Positions 15,470 through 25,272 of a stretch of DNA of 25,272 nt are shown piece by piece. The notes beneath the pieces are model-generated. The model saw only the letters and a list, made by a program, of their open reading frames with translations, ran no database searches and was not told the origin of the DNA. Every line of letters begins with the position of its first letter. Position 1 is the stretch's first letter. The position numbers were made by a program, and so were the translations under genes. This DNA is from an uncultured Candidatus Rokubacteria bacterium (GTDB lineage Bacteria > Methylomirabilota > Methylomirabilia > Rokubacteriales > CSP1-6), in assembly GCA_963747235.1 (NCBI GenBank), contig CAVVEU010000022.1, forward strand, positions 1 through 25,272, given 5' to 3'.

Positions 15470-16636
15470 ATGGCGGGAGGGGCCCGACGGTTCTGGGTGA
15501 TCTGCGTCATCCTGTCGGTGGTCATCGCCGCCGGCGCGTACTACGCGGTGGCCCGGCCCAAGCGCCCCCAGCCGGCGGCCCCCGCGGCCGGCCCCCGGCC
15601 GGTCCCGGTCGTGACCGTCACCGCTCGCAGCGGCGATCTCGGCGTCTACCTCACCGGGCTCGGCTCGGTCACCCCCCTCAGCATCGTCACGGTCCGCAGC
15701 CGGGTGGACGGCCAGCTCATGCGGACGCTGTTCCAGGAAGGCCAGATCGTGCGGCAGGGCGACCTGCTCGCCGAGATCGATCCCCGCCCCTTCCAGGCCC
15801 AGCTCACCCAGGCGGAAGCGCAGCTCGCCAAGGACGCGGCCGCGCTCGCCAATGCCCGGATGGATCTGGAGCGCTACCGCACCCTCGTCAAGGGCGGCTT
15901 CATCCCACAGCAGCAGATGGACACCCAGGCCTCCGCGGTCGCCCAGCTCGTGGCGTCCATCCAGGCCGACCAGGGCCAGATCGACAGCATTCGCCTGCAG
16001 CTCACCTACACGCGCATCAACGCCCCCATCACCGGCCGCGCCGGGCTCCGTCTCGTGGATCCCGGCAACATGATCCACGCCAACGATGCGGGCGGGCTCG
16101 TCGTGCTCGCCCAGGTGGAGCCGATCGCGGTGCTGTTCACGATCCCCCAGGACAACCTGCCGCCGGTGCTCGCCCGCCAGCGCGCGGGCGGGCCCATCCC
16201 GGTGGACGCCTACGATCGCGAGGGCCGCACGAAGCTGGCGTCCGGCATCCTGGTGGCGGTGGACAACCAGATCGACGCCGCGACCGGCACCGTCAAGCTC
16301 AAGGCGTCGTTCGTCAATGGTGACGGCTCGCTGTTTCCGAACCAGTTCGTCAACGCCCGCATCCTGGTGGACTCGCTCCGCGGCGTCGTGCTGGTGCCGA
16401 ACGAGGCGATCCAGCGCGGCGCTCAAGGCCCGTTCGTCTACCTGGTGAAGCCGGACAAGACGGTCGAGCTGCGGAAGGTCACGCCCGGGCCCAGCGAGGC
16501 CGGCGTCACCGCGGTGCGCGCAGGCGTGGCCGCGGGCGACGCGCTCATCGTCGACGGGGCCGACAAGGTGCAGGAGCGCTCGCGCGTGGAGCCCACGGCC
16601 CGCGGTGAGCGCCCGGCGCCGCGCAAGGGGACATGA
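15470..16636 (+). CDS. mdtA: RND efflux periplasmic adaptor subunit, MdtA/MuxA family
   Basis: N-terminal TM anchor, [56 protein letters not shown] and [10 protein letters not shown]; directly upstream of two RND subunits. Confidence 0.92.
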   Translation: MAGGARRFWVICVILSVVIAAGAYYAVARPKRPQPAAPAAGPRPVPVVTVTARSGDLGVYLTGLGSVTPLSIVTVRSRVDGQLMRTLFQEGQIVRQGDLLAEIDPRPFQAQLTQAEAQLAKDAAALANARMDLERYRTLVKGGFIPQQQMDTQASAVAQLVASIQADQGQIDSIRLQLTYTRINAPITGRAGLRLVDPGNMIHANDAGGLVVLAQVEPIAVLFTIPQDNLPPVLARQRAGGPIPVDAYDREGRTKLASGILVAVDNQIDAATGTVKLKASFVNGDGSLFPNQFVNARILVDSLRGVVLVPNEAIQRGAQGPFVYLVKPDKTVELRKVTPGPSEAGVTAVRAGVAAGDALIVDGADKVQERSRVEPTARGERPAPRKGT

Positions 16637-19600
16637 ACCCCTCCCGGCCGTTCATCCTCCGGCCGGTCGCCACCTCGCTCCTCACCGCCGCGATCATCCT
16701 GGCCGGCATCGTCGCCTACCGGCTGCTGGCCGTCTCCGCGCTGCCGCAGGTCGACTACCCGACCATGCAGGTGCAGACGTTCTATCCGGGCGCGAGCCCC
16801 GACGTGATGGCCTCCGCGGTCACCGCGCCGCTCGAGCGGCAGTTCGGCCAGATGCCGGGGCTCAAGCAGATGACGTCGACCAGCTCGTCCACCAGCAGCG
16901 TCATCACGCTGCAGTTCGACCTGAACCTGGCGCTCGACATCGCCGAGCAGCAGGTGCAGGCCGCGATCAACGCGGCCACCTCGTTCCTGCCCAACGATCT
17001 GCCCAACCCCCCCATCTACAGCAAGGTCAACCCGGCCGACGCCCCCATCCTCACCCTCGGCCTCACCTCGGGCACGCTACCGCTCACCACCGTCCAGGAC
17101 CTGGCCGACACCCGGCTCGTGCCCAAGATCTCCCAGCTCCCCGGGGTGGGCCTCGTCACCCTGAGCGGCGGGCAGAAGCCGGCCATCCGCATCCAGGTCA
17201 ACCCGGCGCGCCTGGCCGCCAACGCCCTGAGCCTCGAGGACGTGCGCGCGGCGGTGGCGGCGGCCAGCGTGAACCAGGCCAAGGGCAGCCTCGACGGCCC
17301 GCGCCAGGCCTTCACCATCGGGGCGAACGATCAGCTCGTCTCGAGCGAGCAGTACCGCAATCTGGTCATCGCCTACCGGGGCGGCGCGCCGGTGCACCTC
17401 TCCGACGTGGCCGACACGGTGGACGACGCGGAGAACCTGCGCCAGGCCGCGTGGATGGGCGATCAGCCGGCGGTGATCGTCAACATCCAGCGCCAGCCGG
17501 GCGCCAACCTGATCCAGGTGGTGGACCGCGTCAAGAAGCTCCTCCCCGTCCTGCAGGCCACCCTGCCGTCCTCGGTGAAGGTCGCCATCCTGAGCGACCG
17601 CACCACCACCATCCGGGCCTCCGTCCACGACGTCCAGATCGAGCTGATGCTCGCGGTGATCCTGGTGGTGCTCGTCATCTTCCTGTTCCTGGGCAGCCCG
17701 GCCGCCACCTTCATCCCGTCGATCGCGGTGCCGGTCTCGATCATCGGGACCTTCGCGGTCATGTACGGGCTCGGCTTCAGCCTGAACAACCTCTCGCTGA
17801 TGGCGCTGACCATCGCGACCGGCTTCGTGGTGGATGACGCGGTGGTGATGATCGAGAACATCGCGCGCTACATCGAGGCGGGCGACCCGCCGCTCGAGGC
17901 CGCGCTGAAGGGCTCGGCCCAGATCGGCTTCACCATCCTCTCGCTGACCGTCTCCCTGATCGCAGTGCTGATCCCGCTCCTCTTCATGGGCGACATCGTG
18001 GGCCGTCTCTTCCGCGAGTTCGCGATCACCCTCAGCGCGGCCATCCTGGTCTCGGCCGCGGTGTCCCTGACCCTCACCCCGATGCTGTGCGCCAAGCTGC
18101 TGCGCCGGCGCGAGGAGCACGAGACCAGCCGGGTGGCGCGTGCCTCGCAGGCGGTGTTCAACCGCGTCCTCGATCTCTACGCCCGCACCCTGCGCGTGGT
18201 GCTGCACCACCAGCCCCTCACCCTGCTGGTCGCGGTGGGCACGCTCGGCCTCACGCTGCTCCTCTACACGGTGGTGCCCAAGGGCCTCTTCCCCCTCCAG
18301 GACACCGGCGTGATCCTCGGCATCACGGAGGCGCCCCAGAGCGTGTCGTTTCCCGCCATGGCCCTGCGGCAGCAGGCGGCCGCCCGCGCCATCCTGAGCG
18401 ACCCGGCGGTGGACACCATCTCGTCCTTCATCGGCATCGACGGCACCAACGTCACGCTCAACAGCGGCCGCATGCTGGTCACGCTGAAGCCGCTCGAGGA
18501 GCGCGGCGTCAGCGCACGCGACGTCATCGAGCGCCTGCGGCCTCGCCTGGCCGAGGTGCCCGGCATCACCCTCTACCTCCAGGCGGTGCAGGACCTGACG
18601 GTGGAGGACCGGGTGAGCCGCACCCAGTACCAGTACAGCCTGGAGAGCCCGAGCGTCGCCGAGCTCAACGCCTGGGCCCCCCGGATGGTCGAGCGCCTCC
18701 GCGCGCTGCCCGGCCTCCGGGACGTGGCGAGCGACCAGCAGGACCAGGGGCTCGAGACCTCGGTCCGCATCGACCGTGACACCGCCGCGCGGCTCGGCAT
18801 CACGCCCCAGATGATCGACGACGCGCTCTACGACGCGTTCGGCCAGCGGCAGATCTCCACCATCTTCACCCAGCTCAACCAGTACCGCGTCGTGCTCGAG
18901 GTCAAGCCGGAGTACCGCCAGAGCCCGGCCGCGCTGCAGCAGATCTACCTGCGCTCGAGCACCGGCGGGCAGGTGCCGCTCTCCACGTTCACCACCCTCG
19001 AGGAGCGCGCCACTCCGCTGCTGGTGAGCCACCAGGGCCAGTTCCCGGCCGTGACCATCTCGTTCAACCTCGCTCCCGGCTTCTCGCTGGGCGCGGGCGT
19101 CGACGCCATCGACGCGATCCGCCGCGATCTGAAGATGCCCGCGAGCATCGAGACCAGCTTCCAGGGCGCCGCGCGGGCCTTCCAGGCCTCGCTCGCCAAC
19201 GAGCCCCTCCTGATCCTGGCCGCGGTCGTCTGCGTCTACATCGTGCTCGGCGTGCTCTACGAGAGCTGGATTCACCCGGTGACGATCCTGTCGACCCTGC
19301 CCTCGGCCGGCGTGGGCGCGCTGCTCGCGCTGATGGCCGCGCGCCTCGACCTGAGCGTCATCGCGCTGATCGGCATCATCCTGCTCATCGGGATCGTGAT
19401 GAAGAACGCCATCATGATGATCGACTTCGCCCTCGATGCGCAGCGCACCGAGGGCAAGCCCGCGCCCGAGGCCATCTACCAGGCCTGCCTCCTCCGCTTC
19501 CGGCCGATCCTGATGACGACGATGGCCGCGCTGCTGGGCGGTGTCCCCCTCGCGCTCGGCCAGGGCGTGGGCTCCGAGCTGCGCCGGCCGCTCGGGGTGG

Positions 19601-19746
19601 CGATCGTGGGCGGCCTCATCATGAGCCAGCTCCTGACCCTCTATACCACCCCGGTCATCTACCTGGCCTTCGACCGCCTCGCCTCCCGCGGAGCCCGCCG
19701 CCGCGTGGTCCCCGCGGGTGCGCCCGCCGAGCCGTCCCGGCCGTGA
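16633..19746 (+). CDS. mdtB: RND efflux permease subunit MdtB/MuxB
   Basis: [57 protein letters not shown] and RFRPILMTT; 1037 aa. Confidence 0.93.
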   Translation: MNPSRPFILRPVATSLLTAAIILAGIVAYRLLAVSALPQVDYPTMQVQTFYPGASPDVMASAVTAPLERQFGQMPGLKQMTSTSSSTSSVITLQFDLNLALDIAEQQVQAAINAATSFLPNDLPNPPIYSKVNPADAPILTLGLTSGTLPLTTVQDLADTRLVPKISQLPGVGLVTLSGGQKPAIRIQVNPARLAANALSLEDVRAAVAAASVNQAKGSLDGPRQAFTIGANDQLVSSEQYRNLVIAYRGGAPVHLSDVADTVDDAENLRQAAWMGDQPAVIVNIQRQPGANLIQVVDRVKKLLPVLQATLPSSVKVAILSDRTTTIRASVHDVQIELMLAVILVVLVIFLFLGSPAATFIPSIAVPVSIIGTFAVMYGLGFSLNNLSLMALTIATGFVVDDAVVMIENIARYIEAGDPPLEAALKGSAQIGFTILSLTVSLIAVLIPLLFMGDIVGRLFREFAITLSAAILVSAAVSLTLTPMLCAKLLRRREEHETSRVARASQAVFNRVLDLYARTLRVVLHHQPLTLLVAVGTLGLTLLLYTVVPKGLFPLQDTGVILGITEAPQSVSFPAMALRQQAAARAILSDPAVDTISSFIGIDGTNVTLNSGRMLVTLKPLEERGVSARDVIERLRPRLAEVPGITLYLQAVQDLTVEDRVSRTQYQYSLESPSVAELNAWAPRMVERLRALPGLRDVASDQQDQGLETSVRIDRDTAARLGITPQMIDDALYDAFGQRQISTIFTQLNQYRVVLEVKPEYRQSPAALQQIYLRSSTGGQVPLSTFTTLEERATPLLVSHQGQFPAVTISFNLAPGFSLGAGVDAIDAIRRDLKMPASIETSFQGAARAFQASLANEPLLILAAVVCVYIVLGVLYESWIHPVTILSTLPSAGVGALLALMAARLDLSVIALIGIILLIGIVMKNAIMMIDFALDAQRTEGKPAPEAIYQACLLRFRPILMTTMAALLGGVPLALGQGVGSELRRPLGVAIVGGLIMSQLLTLYTTPVIYLAFDRLASRGARRRVVPAGAPAEPSRP

Positions 19747-22700
19747 ACCTCTCCGGGCCGTTCATCCGCCGGCCGGTCGGCACCACGCTGCTGACCCTCG
19801 CGCTGGTGCTGGCGGGCATCATCGGCTTCCGGCTGCTGCCGGTGGCCCCGCTGCCCCAGGTGGACTTCCCGACCATCAACGTCTCGGCCGGCCTGCCCGG
19901 GGCGAGCCCGGAGACCATGGCCTCCGCGGTGGCGACTCCGCTCGAGCGGCAGTTCACCCGCATCGCCGCGGTCACCGAGATGACGTCCACGAGCTTCCTC
20001 GGCTCGACGAGCGTGGCGCTGCAGTTCGATCTCTCGCGCGACATCAACGGCGCCGCGCGCGACGTGCAGTCCGCCATCAACGCGGCGACCGGCCAGCTCC
20101 CCTCGAACCTGCCCAGCAATCCCACCTACCGGAAGGTGAACCCGGCCGACGCGCCGATCATGATCCTCGCGCTGACGTCGCCCACCTTGAGCACCGGGCA
20201 GCTCTACGACCTGGCCTCCACCATCCTCCAGCAGAAGCTGGCCCAGCTCGAGGGCGTGGGTCAGGTGTTCGTGGGCGGCAGCTCGCTGCCCGCGGTGCGG
20301 GTGGAGCTCAATCCCCACTCCCTCGCCCGCTACGGCATCGGCCTCGAGGACGTGCGGGCGATGCTGGCCAGCGCCAACGTCAACCGGCCGAAGGGCCAGA
20401 TCCACGGCCCCGAGCGAGCGTGGGAGATCCGGACCAGCGACCAGCTCCGGTTCGCGGAGGAGTACCGGTCGCTGCTGGTGGCCTGGCGCAACGGGGCCGC
20501 GGTGCGACTGTCGGACGTGGCCGAGGTGCGCGACTCGGTCGAGGACCTGCGCGCGGTCGGCCTCGCCAACGGCCAGCCCGCCGCGCTCATCATCATCTTC
20601 CGCCAGCCCGGCGCCAACATCATCGAGGCGGTGGACCACATCCGCGAGGCAATGCCCGAGCTGCACGCGCTCCTGCCCGCCGACGTCAGCCTCACTCCGG
20701 TCCTGGACCAGACGGTCACGATCCGCGCCTCGGTGTCCGACGTGGAGCACGCCCTGATGGTCTCGGTGGCCCTGGTGGTGCTCGTGGTGTTCCTGTTCCT
20801 GCGAGACGGGCGGGCCACCGCCATCCCGGGGGTCGCGGTGCCGGTGTCCCTCATCGGCACCTTCGCCTTCATGTACGTGCTGGGTTACAGCGTGGACAAC
20901 CTGTCGCTGATGGCGCTCACGGTGGCCACCGGCTTCGTGGTGGACGACGCCATCGTGGTGGTGGAGAACGTCATGCGCCACCTCGAGCAGGGCATGCCCC
21001 CGCTCGAGGCCGCGATCACGGGAGCCCGCGAGATTGGCTTCACGGTCCTGTCGATCAGCATCTCGCTGGTGGCGGTCTTCATCCCCATCCTCCTGATGGG
21101 CGGCCTCATCGGGCGACTCTTCCGCGAGTTCGCGATGGTGCTCTCCATCGCGGTCCTCGTCTCGCTGGTGGTCTCGCTCACCACCACCCCCATGATGTGC
21201 GCCCTCCTGCTCCGCTCCCACGAGGGCCGGACCCGCGGCCGCTTCTACCGGGGCGGCGAGCGCGTCTTCGGCGGGGTGGCCCGCGGCTACGAGCGCTCAC
21301 TCGGCTGGGCCCTCACGTATCCGGGCACCGTGCTGGCCATCGCCGCACTCACCTGCGCGCTGACCGTCTATCTCTTCGTGGTGATCCCGAAGGGCTTCTT
21401 CCCCCAGCAGGACAACGGCCGGCTCAGCGGTGGGGTGGTAGCTTCCCAGGACATCTCCTTCCAGGCCATGCGCCAGAAGGTGTCCCAGCTCGCCGCGATC
21501 GTGCAGGCCGATCCGGCGGTCGCCACCGTGACCGCCTATACCGGCGGGGGCGGTGGCCGCGGCACCACCGTCAATACCGCGCGCATGTTCATCGCGCTCA
21601 AGCCGCGCCGGGAGCGGGACGCCACCGCCGACGAGGTGATCACGCGGCTCCGGCCGAAGCTCGCGCGGGTGCCGGGGGCCACCCTCTATCTCCAGGCGGT
21701 GCAGGACATCCGGCTGGGCGGACGGATCGGCAATGCCCAGTACCAGTACACGCTGCAGGCCGACCGTCTTCAAGATCTGAGCCAGTGGGCCCCGCGCATG
21801 CTCCAGGCACTCCGCGCGCTCCCCGAGCTGCGCGACGTCTCGAGCGACCAGCAGGACGCGGGCCTGCAGGTGCCGCTCACCATCGATCGGGACACCGCGG
21901 CCCGGGTCGGAGTGAGCACCCGGCTCATCGACGAGACGCTGTACAGCGCGTTCGGGCAGCGCCAGGTCTCGACGATCTACACCGCGCTCAACCAGTACCA
22001 CGTGGTGATGGAGCTGGCGCCCCAGTTCTGGCAGAGTCCGGAGGCGCTCTCCGCGATCTACGTGCGCTCGCAGACCGGCGCGACGGTGCCGCTCACCGCG
22101 CTGACCCGCTTCCAGCCGACCGCGGCGCCCCTGCAGGTGAACCATCAGGGGCTCTTCCCGTCCGTGACCATCTCCTTCAACCTGGCTCCCGACGTGGCGC
22201 TCGGCCACGCGGTGGTCGCGGTCGAGGAGGCGGGGCGCCGCATGGCGCTGCCCGCGAGCGTCCGCGGCAAGTTCGCGGGCGCGGCCCAGGCCTTCCAGGA
22301 CTCGCTCTCCACCCAGCCCCTGCTCATCCTGTCCGCCCTGGTCGCGGTGTACATCGTGCTCGGCATGCTCTACGAGAGCTACGTGCACCCGCTCACGATC
22401 CTCTCCACCCTGCCGTCGGCCGGCGTGGGCGCGCTGCTGGCCCTCATGGCCTGCCGGATGGACCTGTCCATCATCGCGATCATCGGCATCATCCTGCTGA
22501 TCGGCATCGTGAAGAAGAACGCGATCATGGTCATCGACGTCGCGCTCGATCTCGAGCGCCGCGAGGGCCGCGCCCCCCGCGAGGCCATCCACGAGGCCTG
22601 CCTGCGCCGGCTGCGGCCGATTCTCATGACCACCATGGCCGCGCTGCTGGGCGCCCTGCCCCTGGCGCTCGGCACCGGCACCGGCTCCGAGCTGCGCCGC

Positions 22701-22880
22701 CCCTTGGGCGTCAGCATCGTGGGCGGCCTGCTGCTGAGCCAGCTCCTCACGCTCTACACCACGCCGGTCGTGTACCTGTTCCTCGAGCGCTGGCGCTTGC
22801 GCACGGTGACCGGCTGGCGCAAGCTCTCCGGGCGGCTCGGCGGGCGACGGCCCATCGAGCAGATCAGCGGCGGCAAGTAA
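19743..22880 (+). CDS. mdtC: RND efflux permease subunit MdtC/MuxC
   Basis: [58 protein letters not shown] and GIVKKNAIM; second RND subunit, coupled to mdtB by GTGA. Confidence 0.93.
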   Translation: MNLSGPFIRRPVGTTLLTLALVLAGIIGFRLLPVAPLPQVDFPTINVSAGLPGASPETMASAVATPLERQFTRIAAVTEMTSTSFLGSTSVALQFDLSRDINGAARDVQSAINAATGQLPSNLPSNPTYRKVNPADAPIMILALTSPTLSTGQLYDLASTILQQKLAQLEGVGQVFVGGSSLPAVRVELNPHSLARYGIGLEDVRAMLASANVNRPKGQIHGPERAWEIRTSDQLRFAEEYRSLLVAWRNGAAVRLSDVAEVRDSVEDLRAVGLANGQPAALIIIFRQPGANIIEAVDHIREAMPELHALLPADVSLTPVLDQTVTIRASVSDVEHALMVSVALVVLVVFLFLRDGRATAIPGVAVPVSLIGTFAFMYVLGYSVDNLSLMALTVATGFVVDDAIVVVENVMRHLEQGMPPLEAAITGAREIGFTVLSISISLVAVFIPILLMGGLIGRLFREFAMVLSIAVLVSLVVSLTTTPMMCALLLRSHEGRTRGRFYRGGERVFGGVARGYERSLGWALTYPGTVLAIAALTCALTVYLFVVIPKGFFPQQDNGRLSGGVVASQDISFQAMRQKVSQLAAIVQADPAVATVTAYTGGGGGRGTTVNTARMFIALKPRRERDATADEVITRLRPKLARVPGATLYLQAVQDIRLGGRIGNAQYQYTLQADRLQDLSQWAPRMLQALRALPELRDVSSDQQDAGLQVPLTIDRDTAARVGVSTRLIDETLYSAFGQRQVSTIYTALNQYHVVMELAPQFWQSPEALSAIYVRSQTGATVPLTALTRFQPTAAPLQVNHQGLFPSVTISFNLAPDVALGHAVVAVEEAGRRMALPASVRGKFAGAAQAFQDSLSTQPLLILSALVAVYIVLGMLYESYVHPLTILSTLPSAGVGALLALMACRMDLSIIAIIGIILLIGIVKKNAIMVIDVALDLERREGRAPREAIHEACLRRLRPILMTTMAALLGALPLALGTGTGSELRRPLGVSIVGGLLLSQLLTLYTTPVVYLFLERWRLRTVTGWRKLSGRLGGRRPIEQISGGK

Positions 22881-22911
22881 CCCCCTTCATCTCGAGGAGA
22901 AGACGACCGTC

Positions 22912-23529
22912 ATGGAGCTCGATCCCAAGACTCTCAAGTCCGAGTCCACCTACAAGCTGCTGATCGGCTGCGTGGTGCCGCGGCCGATCGCGTGGGTCTC
23001 CACGGTGAGCGCGGACGGGGTGAACAACCTCGCCCCCTTCAGCTTCTTCATGGGGGTCTGCGGGGACCCGCCGACCATCGCGTTCTCGTCGGGCCCGCGC
23101 GAGAAGGATCGCAAGGACACCGTGCGGAACGCCGAGCACACCGGCGACTTCGTGGTCAACATCGTGGACGACGACCGCGCCGAGCAGATGAACCTGAGCT
23201 CGGGCGAGTACCCGCCCGAGGTGGACGAGTTCGCGCTCACCGGCCTCACCGCCGCCCCCGGCGTGCGGGTGCGCTCGCCGCGCGTGGTCCAGGCCCCGGT
23301 CAGCCTCGAGTGCCGCGTGGCCCAGGTCATCCCGGTCGGGCGCGGGCCCCACAGCCTCGTGCTGGGCGAGATCGTCTACTTCCACGTGCGCGACGACGTC
23401 TACGACGCGGCCACCGGGCGCATCGACGTGGCGCGCCTCAAGCCGGTCGGCCGCCTCGCCGGCCACCAGTACTCCTACATCCACGAGATCTTCGAGATGA
23501 AGCGGCCCAACGAGAACTACCGGGGCTAG
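22912..23529 (+). CDS. Flavin reductase family protein (DIM6/NTAB-like FMN-binding split barrel)
   Basis: YKLLIGCVVPRPIAWVST, NLAPFSFF, KDTVRN...FVVNIV and LKPVGRLAG; GAGGAG SD. Confidence 0.92.
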   Translation: MELDPKTLKSESTYKLLIGCVVPRPIAWVSTVSADGVNNLAPFSFFMGVCGDPPTIAFSSGPREKDRKDTVRNAEHTGDFVVNIVDDDRAEQMNLSSGEYPPEVDEFALTGLTAAPGVRVRSPRVVQAPVSLECRVAQVIPVGRGPHSLVLGEIVYFHVRDDVYDAATGRIDVARLKPVGRLAGHQYSYIHEIFEMKRPNENYRG

Positions 23530-23543
23530 GCCGGCCGCTCAGA

Positions 23544-23568
23544 CGGGGTCGTGCTCCCGGTGACCCCG
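23544..23568. terminator. Hairpin between convergent genes
   Basis: CGGGGTCG / TGACCCCG 8-bp stem (one G-U pair) with a 9-nt loop. There is no U-tract, so the function is uncertain. Confidence 0.35.
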
Positions 23569-23575
23569 GCCACCC

Positions 23576-24637
23576 TCACACCGTCTCGCGCCGGATCTCC
23601 TGGACCAGCTCGCGCAGGATGCCCTGCTCGCCCCGGGTGCCGGCGGGGATGCTGAACTCCACGTCGGTGACGAGGCCCCGGTAGCGGTCCACGAGCTTCC
23701 GGCCGATCTGCTCGTAGGTCCCCACCACCGCGTAGGTGTGCAGCACCTCGTCAGTGATCCGCGGCGGCATCTCCTCCCAGCGCTGGGCCCGCGACAGCAC
23801 GGCCAGCTCGGCGGCCAGGTCGCCCAGGCCGTGCACCTCGAAGGCGGCGCGGTAGCCCGGGGTGGAGGCATAGAAGGCCACCCGCGCCCGCACGTCCGGC
23901 ACCCGCGCGGCCAGCGTCGCCTCGTCGGGCGCCGCGCAGATCAGCGGCTTCATCGCGACGGCGAGCGCGGGGCTGCGTCCCGCCGCGGTGGCGCCCGCCC
24001 GCATCGCGGGCAGCATGACGTCGCGGATGTAGCGCGGCGTGCACACCGGGTGCGGGCGCAGGCCGTCGGCCACCTCGCCCACGAAGCGGCACATCGTCGG
24101 ATTCACCGCGGCCACGTGGATCGGGATGTCCGGGTGCTCGATCGGTCCCGGGTCGAAGAGCGGAACCATCAGGCTCAGGTTGTAGTGCGGGCTCTCGAAG
24201 GCGAGCGGCGTCCGCTGCTGCCACGCCGTCCACACCGCGCGCACCGCCCGGACGTAGTCGCGCATCCACGGGCCGGGCGGGCGGTCCGGCAGGCCGAAGC
24301 GCCGCGTGATGTGCCCCCGCACCTGGCTGCCCAGCCCCAGCACGAAGCGCCCGCGCGAGAGCTTCTGGATGTTCCACGCCGACATCGCGGTGATGGTGGG
24401 GCTGCGCGGGAACGCCATCGCCACCGCGGTGGTGAGACGGAGGCGCGTGGTCGCGGCCGCGGCCAGCGCCATGACCACGTACGGGTCCACCTTGGTCTCC
24501 TCGACCGCGAGGCCGTCGTAGCCGAGCGATTCGACGAGCCGGGCGTCCTCGATCACGCGGCCGAGGTCGAGCGGCGTCTCCGCGGCGCGAAGGCCGGGGT
24601 CGAGCTTGCCGAGCGGGAGGAGCGTCTCGACGCGCAT
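23576..24637 (-). CDS. LLM class oxidoreductase, probably F420-dependent (TIGR03617-like)
   Basis: ESLGYDG...ETKVDP, AMAFPRSP, SRGRFVLGLGSQVRGHITRRFG, GEVADGLRPHP and AFYASTPGYR. Confidence 0.9.
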   Translation of the reverse strand: MRVETLLPLGKLDPGLRAAETPLDLGRVIEDARLVESLGYDGLAVEETKVDPYVVMALAAAATTRLRLTTAVAMAFPRSPTITAMSAWNIQKLSRGRFVLGLGSQVRGHITRRFGLPDRPPGPWMRDYVRAVRAVWTAWQQRTPLAFESPHYNLSLMVPLFDPGPIEHPDIPIHVAAVNPTMCRFVGEVADGLRPHPVCTPRYIRDVMLPAMRAGATAAGRSPALAVAMKPLICAAPDEATLAARVPDVRARVAFYASTPGYRAAFEVHGLGDLAAELAVLSRAQRWEEMPPRITDEVLHTYAVVGTYEQIGRKLVDRYRGLVTDVEFSIPAGTRGEQGILRELVQEIRRETV

Positions 24638-24702
24638 CGGGCGTCATGCTAGCGGATGCATTTCCACCTGACAACCGCCTCGAGACGGGCTATCGTACCG
24701 CC

Positions 24703-25272
24703 GTGATCCAACTCTTCGCGCTCTGCGGCGGCTACATCGAGCTGGACCGGGCCAGCATGCTGGACGATCTCCCGGCGGGGCAGCCGTGGACGGTCCCGGT
24801 CATGACCTTCCTGGTCGCGCATCCCCGCGGCCGGCTGCTCTTCGACACCGGCATCCACGCGCAGGCCCGCGTGGATCCGATCGGGCGCATGGGCGCGGAG
24901 CGCGCCAAGCGCCTCGTTGTGAAGTCGAAGGAAGGTGAAGACGTGGTGCCCCAGCTCGGCCTGCTCGGCCTCCGGCCTGACGAGGTCACGCACGTGGCCA
25001 ACTCGCACCTGCACTTCGACCACTGCGGCGGCAACGAGTTCTTCCCGCGCGCGACCTTCCTGGTGCAGAAGGCGGAGATGGACGCGGCGCGGCGACCCGG
25101 CTTCGCCCCCGGCTACAACCCGAGCCCGATCGACTTCGACCACCCCCTCGACTACCAGCTCGTGGACGGCGAGCACGACGTGTTCGGCGACGGCAGCGTG
25201 ATCCTCTTCCCCACCTTCGGCCACACGCCCGGGCATCAGTCGCTGCGCGTGCGCCTGGGCAAGGGCGCGGAC
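24703..25272 (+). CDS. N-acyl-homoserine lactonase-like metallo-beta-lactamase fold hydrolase (3' end outside the window)
   Basis: Manual translation from GTG 24703: MIQLFALCGGYIELDRASML...LLFDTG...SHLHFDHCGGN...DVFGDGSV...GHTPGHQSL, with the HxHxDH motif. Absent from the ORF track because the stop is outside the window. Confidence 0.9.
   Translation, partial: MIQLFALCGGYIELDRASMLDDLPAGQPWTVPVMTFLVAHPRGRLLFDTGIHAQARVDPIGRMGAERAKRLVVKSKEGEDVVPQLGLLGLRPDEVTHVANSHLHFDHCGGNEFFPRATFLVQKAEMDAARRPGFAPGYNPSPIDFDHPLDYQLVDGEHDVFGDGSVILFPTFGHTPGHQSLRVRLGKGAD

Noticed and set aside
16633-22880. Repeated DNA segments between 16.6-19.7 kb and 19.7-22.9 kb
   Set aside because: Explained by ordinary mdtB/mdtC paralogy.
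33-25236. Numerous long overlapping or antisense ORFs in the track (e.g. 17077-19275 -, 19718-22963 +, 6938-8605 -, 5513-6886 +, 3099-4421 +, 24649-25236 -)
   Set aside because: They are Arg/Gly/Ala/Pro-rich shadows of recognisable genes, expected from stop-codon scarcity at high GC, and carry no family motifs.
22912-25272. Dedicated catabolic or quorum-quenching cluster (flavin reductase, LLM, lactonase)
   Set aside because: The genes alternate orientation and belong to large, common families; nothing in the sequence ties them to one pathway or substrate.
1-25272. CRISPR arrays, tRNA/rRNA genes, transposases or integrases
   Set aside because: No regularly spaced direct repeats, RNA gene signatures or mobile-element ORFs were seen; intergenic spaces are mostly very short.

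Overview
A very GC-rich (roughly 70% or more by eye), gene-dense bacterial chromosomal segment from a diderm organism. The gene mix and intergenic hairpins resemble Candidatus Rokubacteria/Methylomirabilota (inference, not verified). About 27 genes can be supported. Left part: alpha/beta hydrolase, USP-DUF1858-like-LOG operon, internally deleted cupin, DUF1207-like beta-barrel candidate, FxLYD-like secreted protein, crcB, amidase, lipoprotein and a hypothetical protein. Centre: a three-gene minus-strand operon encoding an NHLP-clan-like 73-aa peptide, a stand-alone cNMP-binding protein and an RRE/PqqD-like + M50-like membrane protein whose HExxH motif reads HQxxH. This is the best candidate for an undescribed system. 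Next come an orphan MacB-like permease and, divergently, an ECF sigma / zinc anti-sigma / Spy-CpxP / RAPP-motif peptide / FxLYD-like / degenerate nucleotidyltransferase / mdtABC run; a perfectly symmetric pair of TGACGAAT-N15-TTGAC motifs lies between the two units. Right end: flavin reductase, LLM-class F420-type oxidoreductase and a truncated AHL-lactonase-like MBL hydrolase. Three genes carry single-base frameshifts (possibly assembly errors). Many operon-leading genes look leaderless. No rRNA, tRNA, CRISPR array or transposase was seen. All family names come from motif recognition, not database searches.
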